Assembly: GCA_026023565.1 (NCBI GenBank) | Contig: JAPETS010000001.1 | Coordinates: 186,001-250,000, forward strand | Origin: Cirrosporium novae-zelandiae | Taxonomy: Eukaryota | DNA: 64,000 bases | Reading direction: 5' to 3' | Shown: piece by piece, positions 37,344 through 48,680 of the stretch | How positions within the stretch are numbered: the stretch's first letter is position 1 | Layout of the letters: each line of letters opens with the position of its first letter | Program-made: the position numbers and the translations under genes | Notes under the pieces: model-generated | What the model was told of the DNA's origin: nothing | The model's database searches: none | What the model saw: only the letters and a program-made list of their open reading frames with translations

Positions 37344-39857
37344 GTTTGACTATGCTACAATTAATTGGTATTGATTTGGATGGGTTGCTGAAGTAATAAT
37401 CTTTATATATATGTTGGTTACAAGACGCACAAGATCGTGTTCACCGGTGTATGGCTAAATATGTCTCATACAGGTGTATCAATTGGAAATCGCTAGGCTA
37501 TGTATGTATTATGTATGTATTACAGGTACGTAACAGATAGCGGGGAGTTAAATATAAGTAGAATCCCTGGACTGCAGTTGATGATTCTTGGACTCAAGGG
37601 TTTTCACCATTATTCTGCAACTTCTGCTTAACTGTGTTCAGATGAAGAATAGTACAAATTTAAATTCAAAAATTGCTGTAAGAATTTGTATAAGAAATTC
37701 TTACGCGTAATAAACGGATGCCTGAGGCAATAAATAAGCTAAACTTTACTGTCACGACCAACCTAATTTTACGTCTCGTATCGACTAGATTAGATATCTC
37801 AAGCAACACGATTCAGCACTCTAAGTAAACAACATTTACCTGTCTTCCTATTCTTGGGTCGTGTTGGGCCCGCTGAAGCTCCTAATTGCTCTAAACCATA
37901 AGCCATCCATATCTTCTCGCTGAAAGTTCATTGTATAAATCCTGTGTATGCTAGTAGCTTCGATTACAAGTCTAGCTATTATCGCGATCCAGAACTGAAA
38001 CCCCTTATACAATGTCTCCGAATCGATGACAGAGGCTTCCAATTAAGTCCAAAGCCCATTGAAGGAAATCCAGAGACTAGAGAGGGTTAGGCTGGAGTTG
38101 AACAGGTTATCTAAAGACTCCAAGATGATTCGCTTCCATCTGGTCTAGGAGATTTTCCAGAGTTTCAAGGTGATTTATGTCATAAAATGACGCAAGACTC
38201 TTAAAGGATAAATCCAAAGAACGTACCGAAACTAAGCAGCTCGCACTTAGTTTCTTCTAGAACGTACGGATTCCTTAGGACTCCCTTTGGTTGTACTAGA
38301 GCTATGTCGGTTTTGCTCGAACAGAGGGTGAATCCTAATGTTGGTGTCTCAGAAAAAGGTAAACTCTCGCGTCGTGACTCTCTTTCTGGCCTGGCCAACT
38401 CAGTGAAATACTCTCTTTTGCTTTGTTGTCACCCCTACATAAAAAACATAAACTCAAACATCTTCATAATCTTACGGGCCAGCTTATTAGCGGAGGTCCT
38501 GATCTCTTATGTAATTTTGAATGCTATTCGGTGTGTTCTCTTATACTCCAATTGGCAATTGCCACTAAACATTCAATATCTCGAGTCTATAACCTCATGT
38601 TATCCTTAGGATTTTATTTCATTGTGGTCAGGTTTACTTGTGGAAATGGTGTATGGGTGAGGTTCATCCAATAGGCAAGTGAGTAAATAGTCCCCTAGAA
38701 TCATAAAAAAAACATCAAAAAGAATACCCAGCTCGCATCGAATAGATCTGAGGTATCCGAAACTCATCGGCCCACTACTTTGCTACTCTATCTACAAGAG
38801 GTCCTTTATTCAAGGCAATCATGGGGGATTGGTTTCACAGGTCAACTGGTCCACGGTTCAAGCCCGGGTTAAAGGTGCCACACAGATGCGATTTGTGTGG
38901 AGGTGGAAGATCTCTCGACCAACCCTCCTGTTCGGTTGAAATTACAGAACTTAATGTAATATTTATAGGAGAAGTGGGAGGGAGGGGTACGGTTCGAATC
39001 CTAAGTGGTCCAAGGGATTTTTTTTTGACCTCATCACATTCTAATAGAAAGCTCTCTACCCCTTGGATACAAGCAGCTCTAGCTAGAGGACTTACAACCT
39101 TACAAATGTTTCTAGAGGTCAACTATTCCTCGGTGCTGGTATTGATCTAAATGAAGTAGAATTACTATTCAGTTATACCCATCTATATTCTAACTGTAGC
39201 AATAAATGATAACACTAATGTGGTGCTTGCCCTGATGGATGCACATCGCCCTTTGAGCAAAGCAGCCCTCTGTCATATTCACCTTTGCATACAATATGAA
39301 GCCACCAGCAATCAGACCTTTTTGGACAATCACTTTAATGAGATCATTCAATTTAAACTGAAGAAGATTTCGAACAGCTTGTAGTCTCGATAAAAGAAAA
39401 GTAACGAAATATCCAAATCGGCTTCGTGGATTTGGAAATTCACGACCAACCGAGCTCACAGGCTCAACACCATGCATTCAAGATAATTATGCCTCTGGGT
39501 AAATATTAATTAGCCACCTAACCTTGTTTTCATAAATATATAGGTGTTAGCCATCATCAGATAAGGAGCCTAAGCTAGGTGCATTTCAGGCATTCTTGCT
39601 TATGCTAATTGCACTTTTTCACTCTCACCCTTACTTTTATATCTTCAATGTTGACCAACCAATGCTTGAGCCACTGATAAAAATGACGACGAGGCAGTCC
39701 GTTTGATCGTCATGATTGTATAATTATATCAAAGCGCAGCTTTATCCCCCTCAAACCTGCAATATTCCCCCCTTTTGTAACATTTTCCAACTCCTAAAAC
39801 ACTTTACATTTATCAACACAATAGCTCGACCACCGAGCCATTCAAGTATCTCTTCTC

Positions 39858-41305
39858 ATGGCTCCACCAACCTTTGAAACCTTACCAACAGAGGTCCGTC
39901 TTCACATTTACGATTTTCTTCCCTGGAAGACCACCCGCAAAGCATACTATGTATCAGCCTGCGCAATAGACATTGAAACAAAAGAGCTCGAAGCCAGGGT
40001 GGCCTCGATATCGAAATCGAAATCATCTACGCTGACAACAGTAATACCAATAACAGTACCAAAAGACCACCATCATCGCCCCGGGTTCCCTCCCCTCTCA
40101 CGTCTCGACACGGCCATCTTCAGCGCCAATAAAAAATATCCAACGAGTCTCTCCACCGCTTCTATTCTTCAATCCCGCTAAGCTTCCAGATCTGCCACAT
40201 CCCTATCCTCCTCTCCAGCGAGAACACCATCCTCAACTCTACCACCCAAATCTCATTCTACCGATACTGTCACCCTCCCAAATATGCCTACGGCTACCCC
40301 ATCTCAGCCCTAATCCTCCTCTCCTCCTACCACAACATCACCTCCATAACCCTAGACACCGATCTCGACACCCTGACTCCACATACGCTTGAACGCCTAT
40401 TCCTCTGGGACGCCTCCATCCCCTATCAAAACCCCTACACCCGCCATTCCAGCCCATTATCCAAGCTCCGAAAATCAGTAGAAGACTACCATATCGACCC
40501 GCTCCGAGAATACGGGGAGGGATACTGTCTGCCGTGGTCCATGTAAGACTACTCCTACCCACCACTATCCACCTCTTCTCTCCCATACGGAACCCTCGCA
40601 AAACTCCCCACCATGCATCGTCAAGCCATGGATTTATCCATCCTGCATAAATCCCATATCCTCATCCTCTCCATCCGCGATACCTTAACAAAACATCTCG
40701 AACCCTATAAATCCTTCCTCGATCCCACGGGCACACCTACCTTCGGACCCGCACCCTTCACGGTACCCGACTACCCCTGCGATTCCTTATTGGAACAAGA
40801 AAAAGCATGGATCCGGCTCAAAGCCTTGCACACATTCCGCTTCGAATTCGCATCCTTGTTCCCAAGTTTCTTTATCTGGAGGGTTATTTCCTATCGATCC
40901 TACCTCTTCATTGGCGAATCCGGTCGCTGTACCACTTCTATTTACGAAGTCGTGGGGGAATATATACGTCACCAAGACCAAGACCAAGACCAAGATCACA
41001 CCCATAGCCAAAACCCGAACGATCTCGATCTAACCTACCTCTGGCGTCTAATCCAAGAATCCTACCTCTTGTTACTAGATGAATATTGGGACTCGGAACT
41101 CAAATCAGAATCGATTTTAGAATTCATGATGAAATATTTGAGGGATGAGTTTAGGAGTGCTGGGTTCGGGGAGGAGGAGATTTGGGAGCTTTGGGAGCTT
41201 TGGGAGATGGAGTTAGTGGAGGTTGTTTGGGGGCAGGAGGAGGGGGTGGCAGAATTGGATTTGGATTTGGGGAAATTGGAGAGGATTTGTGCTGGACTGG
41301 GCTAG
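39858..41305 (+). pseudogene. Probable pseudogene of an F-box-like fungal orphan protein (frameshift at 40131-40136, in-frame TAA at 40544-40546)
   Basis: F-box-like N-terminus (FETLPTEVRLHIYDFL). Adding one A to the A6 run gives SANKKISNESLHRFYS and a frame open to 40543. After one TAA the same frame continues into the 40613-41305 ORF. Confidence 0.65.
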
Positions 41306-41769
41306 AGTAGTTGGTTCGATGGTAATTGCGGAGATTCTCGCTATTTACCTATTTACCTAGGTATTTAAAATACTACAATACAGTATAGTAAAATAAAATC
41401 CTCACTCCTTAATGAGGTACTTATGCTAACCCTAACTCAATCCACAACAACAACAACAAACAACCATATTAATTTCCCTTCCCTTCCCTTCTCTTTTTCT
41501 TTAATCTGAAGTACGAAAAAAGTAACCCCTACTTCAATCGAAAACCAAACTGACCGTGACTTAGTCTAACGTAACAAAATTCTCATTCACTCATTATTAA
41601 ACACTCCCCCTTTGTAATTTTTATAATGTAAAAGAACCATATCGAGTACCACAAGCATGCATGCGCCACACCCTCCTTCTCATCTTCTATCTAGCCATGC
41701 CATTTAAATCTCTTTTTTCTTTTTTTTTCTTCTCATTTTTTTCAAATATTTATATAATGATATCGGATA

Positions 41770-42071
41770 TGCCACAAAGGAAGGAGAGTAGAGCACTAAG
41801 ACGAGGCTCTAGGCCTGCAGACTGAAGGAGGAACGTAGGCGGGAATGTGGCGTTACGTGGCGCTGAGAAGTCGCCGATAAGGGTAACGCATCACAGATAG
41901 AATAAGGAGTTTATATAGAGTGAAGGGAGGAGACTGGGAAAGGCCAGCTTTCAGTCTTGTATTATATTGATATATTACTAATATACTACTATTAAGATAC
42001 CACTACGTTACGCGCAAGCAACGCACCTGTACCGCTACCTACACGATCGGAGCCCAATCCTATCCTTGACA
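41770..42071 (+). mobile_element. Solo LTR of an LTR retrotransposon (302 bp)
   Basis: TG(CCA)...(TGA)CA termini; identical 5-bp TSD GGATA at 41765-41769 and 42072-42076; internal TATA-like TTTATATAG (~41910). Higher complexity than the flanking low-complexity DNA. Confidence 0.8.
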
Positions 42072-42961
42072 GGATATTAGTGTCTATTTTTTTCTTATTT
42101 ATTCGTTTATAAATATGGGGTTAGCTAATAGTTAATAGTTAACTCGGTATTTCTCCTTTTTTTTTCTATTTGAAGTATCGTTCTATGTTAGTGGATCTCT
42201 ATGGTTTCTTTTTTCTTCTTTTCATAAGAGTCGGGAAGGGAAGGGAAGGGAAGGGAAGGGAAAGGAAAGGAAAAAGAAAGGAGTATTCAATACAACACAA
42301 CACAACATCTCGAGCAAACGCAGATGTAGGAGGGATTGGGATATGGAATAAGGTATTACCAAACAACCTACTTCTCTCCCCTCCCCTCCCCTCCCCCCTA
42401 AAGTTCACCTCTACCTCCAATCTACCCCCCAATCCAATCCAACCAAATCCACCTTCCTAGCTAAACCTTCCTGGACCCTCCAGCATGAAATAAAACAAAA
42501 CAAACACCCACCGCCTATCCACCCAACCTATCACACCCGCTAGCCATCCCACCCTATCCACACCCCCTCGTGCCTCCTCACACCAAAAATAAAAAAAGAA
42601 GAAGAAACTTAGAGCTAATTACCTAGGTACTCAAGAGTTCTAGAGAGAGGGGGGGAGGGTAGAAGAAGAGCCTAGTTTTGGGGGATCTAGAGAAACACTG
42701 TAAGGTTTATAATGAGTGAGAAAGTGAGTGAGGAGTTTTATTTGATTTGATTTGATTTGATTTGGTCTGGGATGGGATGGGATAGGAGTTATGGGAGGGC
42801 AGGAATGGGGGAGATTATTGAGGGAGAGTGTTCGGCGTCATTGTCGTTGACGGTGGTAAGGTTGATAGGAGTTGTCATAGTAGAAATAAAAGAAGGGTGA
42901 AGGAAGGGAGGGGGGTGATGTATCGGACGACTTCCCCTTGAGCTTTTTTTTCTTCTTCTCT

Positions 42962-43106
42962 CTTCTCTCTTAGGTTTGTGATATAATAGTACCATATTTC
43001 CACTCCATACTTCCCATTTTTATATCCACTTCCCTTCTCTCTTAGGTTTGTGATATAATAGTACCATATTTCCACTCCATACTTCCCATTTTTATATCCA
43101 CTTCCC
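42962..43106. repeat. Perfect 72-bp tandem duplication
   Basis: CTTCTCTCTTAGGTTTGTGATATAATAGTACC...TATCCACTTCC occurs twice with period 72. Confidence 0.95.
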
Positions 43107-45399
43107 CTCTCCCCCCCCCCAACCTACACTACACCTCCACCACCCTCAAAAACTACCCTCAACCCACCTCCCTAAAAAAAAATAAAACCTCTCAAAAAAA
43201 ATAAATACATCCCTGAAAACCAATCCAAAAAATAAATAAATAAAATGCTCTCTTCCCCTTCTCTTCCCTACCTAAGTAAGTAAAACTAAAGAAAGGGACA
43301 TGTGGACATGGGGATATGGGGATATCCATCCATTCACCAAGGCACTTGAACGGTTGAACCTTGAATGAAATAAATACCCACAGAGTTATTTATGTTAAGA
43401 ACTCATACTTACATACAATATAACAGTATAACAGTATAACAGTAGTATCAGTATATCTATAATCAATCTACCCACCTACCTAACTTATACTCGCACCTGC
43501 ACTCGCACCGTAACCGCACCCACATCTACATTATATAGATATACCTAGGTATCTAATTATCATCATCATCATTATTTCTTTATATATTTATATATCCTTT
43601 ATTTTTATTAGAACCATGGAAGTGTGGAATTTTGGAAGCTTAGAACTGGACCTAGGATATTTTTTTTTTATGTAGATGGTTATAGGATTGGATTAGTGGA
43701 GTGGAGTGGAGTGGGTATATCTAATACAGTATTGATTGATTATAAAGATGTTAAAGATGTAAAGAACCTTCTTCTTCTTCTTCTTCTTGGGGAGGGGAAG
43801 GAGAAAAGGAGGGAGGACGACAAGAGGGAGAGAGAAGGGAGAAAAGAAGAAAGGAAAAGAAGAAAAGGATCTTCATCTATCTATCCATCCATTAAGTTAG
43901 CAATTGCTTGAGCAAAACAGACCTTCACCAAGGCGCCTCTACCCCCCCTCCCCACCGTATATCCGGAAGCCATATAACACACAAACCACTATCCTACCAT
44001 ACGACCTCAGGGGTACAGTACAGTACAGTACAGTAAATAGTAAAAATCGTAAGAAACCCCACTCGAGTAACTTAGTACCTTAGTTACTACCTAGGTATAT
44101 CTAGTCCTAGTCCTAGTGACTGTGATTGTAACATAGGTATGTAGGTATATATTTTCATATTTTCATATTCTCTTGGATTTTCTTATCTTGGATTTGGATT
44201 TGGATTTGGTTTAGGTTAGGTTAGGTTATGGTAGGGTAGGTTTATGGCGTGGTGTATGGGATGGGATGGTTCGCTGCTTGCTTAGTTTGGGATAGATAGA
44301 TAGATGTGAAATATGAATATAAATAAATAGGAGTCTTTGATCTATGCGAATACTAGAACGGCAAGACGGCAAGACGGGGAATTCGGGAAGATTCTCCACT
44401 CTCTACTCTCTACTTTCTACGATATCCATAAGCCATGTATATCCATCACACAGGCTAATTACCTAAATTCCCTTGGTGTTAATTATAGTCCTAGTAACCG
44501 TGACTGTGATCGTAACATACCTTCCTACTCTATCTACTCTAGATAGGTATATCTATATTTTCATATTTTCATATTTTCATATTTTCATATTCCCTTGTCT
44601 CTTAGCTTTGCTCAGCAAGTTAGGTTAGGGTTATGGTGTGGTATATGGGATGGGATGTGAAATGTGAATGGGAATGTGAAATGGGAATGTGAAATATGAA
44701 TGTGAATTTTGATATAGGAATGCGGGAATTCGGGAAGTCGGGAAGACAGACCGTTCACCCTTCCCCCCCTTACCCCATGGCTCCCACGTCTCTCTCCTCA
44801 GTCCTTATAGAGAAGATAGGGGGAAAAAAAAGTGAAGGTCGTCCGACGGTATGAAGGAACCAACCCACTCATTCACTTCCCCCCATTCCCCTATACCATG
44901 GCAAAATCTATTCATCTTTTTAATTTTTTTTTTTGGTTTCCGTCATTAGGAGAGGGGGGGGGGGGGAGCATAACCAGAATGCCGCAGAATCAGATAAAAG
45001 AGAAAAAATATATATAATATATCCAGTGTCTAATATGCCTAATCTATTTCATCTAGGTATGCAAAATATAAGTTTTCCTTTTTTTATGATAATAGCAGCA
45101 GCAGCAACAGCATGTGCCTGAATATCTATCCCAAATCCCTAAGCTCTGGGCATGGTTGTTTGCGCAACAAGATTCCTAACTCGTCTCGGCTTGGATCTAT
45201 CTATTAAGAGGGGAGGGGGTATATCTATCGTAAATTAGAGAGAGTTTTTTTTCTTCCTTTTTTTTAGGGATCATGCGGTTACGCACCCCCCTCCCAAACG
45301 CCATGCGGAAAATATCACACAAGTTGAATGTGTCCGAAGTGGTCATGTTTTTGTTTGCGGGTTTGCATAGTTATTACACACACACCACATGAAGCATCA

Positions 45400-46404
45400 T
45401 CAGGTCCTGGATTCGATTAACCGGGCTCTGACCTCCCTGTTGACCACACCTCCAACCCCAAACGCAGGAACAATCCGACCCATTCTGGCAAAAGAACATT
45501 TCAGCCAATCTCGACTCACGACGTTAAACCTGTTTCTCCAGTCGATTCTTTCGCTTCCTTGTCCGGATGGTCGGTTGTAATAATCTAGTCCCCATAGATG
45601 CAATGGCGTGCTGAAAAACTGCACCGCCGCTGGGGTAAGAAATTGTGCAACATTCTGACTGCTCATCACCCTGCCTTCTCCGTCTTCAATGGGGAGGTAT
45701 GGTGCAATCAGAGGTGGGACGTTGAAGCTTGCAAAAATAGTCATGGCGTCCCTGGCAGCGAAGATGGCGAAACTGCGGCCTGGCATGGGACCTCGAGACG
45801 TTCCTTTACCAAACATCCTCGCAAATTGGGCGTCTTTGTAGAGGCATACGGACATGTTCACGGCTGTGGTCGCCAGAAACTTGGTGGGGCCAGACGTCGT
45901 CGTTGTGGGGGGTAGAGAGGAAACGGCAGAGGAAACGGTATCGATGGTGTTTGCGGTGATGTAGGTAGATGTGTAGAGCAATGAAATTAGGAGAAAGGGC
46001 GTTGATGCTAGAAACCGATGTGGGCGAAAAAGAAATGATCGTGCGGAGGAGAGGATGCTTGCTGAGAGAGGAGTTCCCTTTGCAGCAGTTTCGATGATTC
46101 CACTATAGATGATCAGTATGACATGAAGGTCAAGGATTGCCCTTCTAAATTACCGATCAATCATTGTAATCAAAGGCGCAACAAGCACACCCGCAGATGC
46201 TGCAGCTATGCCATCGCTGGCAAGCCTCCAGCCTAGATTTTTGGTGTCCCATTGCTGTTGTTCAGGTGTTGGACTGGAGCTTGAGCTCGTCGAGGACGAT
46301 CGTAAAAAAGAGGATATAGGTAGAGTATTTGTGGTTTCTAGCGCAGATGCAGCTTGAGGGACAGAGGCATCATTGCTTTTCTTGGCATCATTAGTGGACG
46401 GCAT
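45400..46404 (-). CDS. Conserved-looking fungal membrane protein (mitochondrial carrier/sideroflexin-like; function unknown), exons 46404-46154, 46102-45400
   Basis: GT-AG intron 46153-46103 joins the two ORFs in frame (VAPLITMIDR|GIIE). Hydrophobic segments and motifs RDAMTIFASFNVP, STPLHLWGLDYYNR and RIVPAFGVGGVVN. Confidence 0.75.
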
Positions 46405-47056
46405 TTTCAAAATTCCGATAAATCTAAAGCCGCGATGGACATTGCGTATGTATATCTCGGCCACAAAGGATGAGTCAAGAAGTAAAAACTGCCTCTTCGC
46501 TGATGTTGTATATGAAGAGAGGATAATTTAGTATGAGTAAGAAATTTATGCTGAGCTGTGACAGGTACATGGTGGTACAATACATTCAAGCTGGAAAACA
46601 GCCAGGGATTCTGGCCGGGTTCGGTATTCGGGCCAATATTATTTGTTGATGATACGAGCACGCAACATCGGACCCAATATCGGACGCTTGTTTGCAAAAA
46701 ATGAGTCAATTGAATTGATTTCTAACCCAGTATAGAGTAATTGGTAGCCCTTGATGATTTCAGAGAGATGCTCATAACGGTTGGTTCAAGGATTACTATT
46801 AGGGCTCTGTACAAGGACACCAAGTCCAGCCCGGTTCATTGCAAGAGGCCGCATATCCACCAAAAGCGGCCCGAAAAGCTGCTACCCAAAAGCCTCATCC
46901 CTTGAGGCTCAACGCCATGATAATGCAAACATGCACCGGAGCCTCTTTAATACCGGCCCATCCATCCAGTCCATGATATAATGCCTTCTACCTTCCAAAA
47001 AACGCCTTATCCATGCTCATCGAATCGTCCGACACGCCTTATAATTTATATGCTCC

Positions 47057-48680
47057 CTATGCACTCGCCTGCTCTGCAATTGCAACTGCAACAGCTGCAC
47101 CCAACACGGATGAAGAATCAGGAGTAGGTTCAAGTATCATCGAACCCTTATGTCCACCATCCATATCGGCCAAGAAATCCAAATACTCCTGGCACCTTCG
47201 TCGGAAGCCGGTATATTTGTTAATGACGCTGCCGTTACAGCTAATAGTTAGCTGGTCATAACTCGGGTCCGTCAGAGCCTGCTTTTCCGTTCGGGGTGTT
47301 CTGGTCTTCAGCCGGAGACGCCACAGAGAATGTAGACCCATCGCAAACAAAGCTGCAGCCCGATGAGAGACATGCTGACAGACAGTCCTAACAAAAGCAA
47401 GATCTCGGTATGTTGGAGGGGTCGTAAAGGTATATTGTGACTGTAAAAGGGCCGCTGCCGAGGTAAGAAGAGAGGTCTTATCCGCCTCAACCCGGCCGAC
47501 AGTAGCACAGTCGAGAGAGTAGGGTTCTCGCAGCTCCACTGGCATTTCACCTCCAAACAGTCCAGCTGTTTCGGTGGCTTCCACCAGGATAAGCCTAACA
47601 AGTTCACCAATATATCGACCAGTTATCATATATTCATAAGGTTGATAGTCTGGTAGCTGGTGAGCAGCATTCAAGCGATCATCCCACCGGGTAAAAGGTA
47701 GAATCCCCTTTCCAAACATGCCAAGCTCGGAATTAACAACCACGTGGTGAGCTTGATCGAACCAATTTTGCGGTCGCTCGCCAAATTTGCCCTTCCCGAT
47801 ACAAGTAACAGGAAGCTGAATAGCAGCGTTCGTACCAGTCCCCAATATAGTTGCCAGTCTAGTCGAACTATCGGTGTACGCATGAGCAAGTAGGGCTGCC
47901 AATGAGTCGTTGACAATAGCTTCTAGCCTTACTTTTAGGCCCTAGGATCTAATTAGTACATGAACATGTTCATCATTCGCTTGACTTAATATGTACCTTT
48001 CGATCGCAAGCCTGCATAATCAACTCTCTGAGATCGTGCCCAACCAGTCCCTCAGCACAATGAAAACCTTTCCCCATATTGAGCAACGAACCACTGCGGA
48101 GGGAGGTTTGACTAGAATTTATTAGTAAACATCTTGACATGGATCCGGAACAAACATACTCAAAGGGGAATGACCACGCCAAACCCATTGGCAATGAATC
48201 TCTGCCCTCAAAGATACTATCATCGGCGGCGACAAATTCTTGTATTTTCTCCGCCATCCAATCGAAGAAATCTTGTCCAACAAGTTGCTTGGTAGCTTCA
48301 TCAATTTCCGATGACTCCATTCTTGTCACATTCATGCCATTGTGTTCCGATTCCCTCCCTGAGAGATTCACCAACGCAACACGTAGTGTAGAGCCTCCGA
48401 CATCGACCGTCAAGAATGATCCTTCCTCTTTCCCCGTAGGCAAGGTATGGTTGTACGACGGGAGCATGCAAACAGGACTGTATTGTAATCGTTCATCGAA
48501 TTGTATCTGAAACATTTGGGACATGGACAGCAGGTTCCTCAGCTGGATGGGTTTGCCGAAGAGATCCCCGACCTCCTTTGCAAGATCCTCCATCTTTCTG
48601 TCATGACCACGATAACCGTTGCGTCGTGTCTTCGGGGGGTGTTGGGCGATGACGGCCCTAAGGATAGAAGTAAGAAGCAT
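47057..48680 (-). CDS. hxk3: Hexokinase-family GlcNAc kinase (Hxk3/HxkC-like), exons 48680-48160, 48111-47997, 47941-47057
   Basis: MLPSY, DVGGSTLRVALV, GLAWSFPFDQ, MGKGF, IVNDS, ILGTGTNA, NSELGMFG and GSV motifs. The WSFP/MGKGF variants are typical of the GlcNAc-kinase clade. Adjacent to ngt1. Confidence 0.88.

Noticed and set aside
38985..39026. GGTTCGAATCC B-box-like motif followed by a T run (possible tRNA)
   Set aside because: The T-stem does not pair beyond 2 bp, and no matching acceptor, D or anticodon arms were found upstream.
43997..44015. CATACGACCTCAGGG resembles the 5' end of fungal 5S rRNA
   Set aside because: Similarity stops after ~15 nt and runs into a (CAGTA)n microsatellite.
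44205..44245. TTAGG-rich tract as a possible interstitial telomere
   Set aside because: The units are 5-mer GTTAG/GGTAG microsatellites, not tandem TTAGGG.
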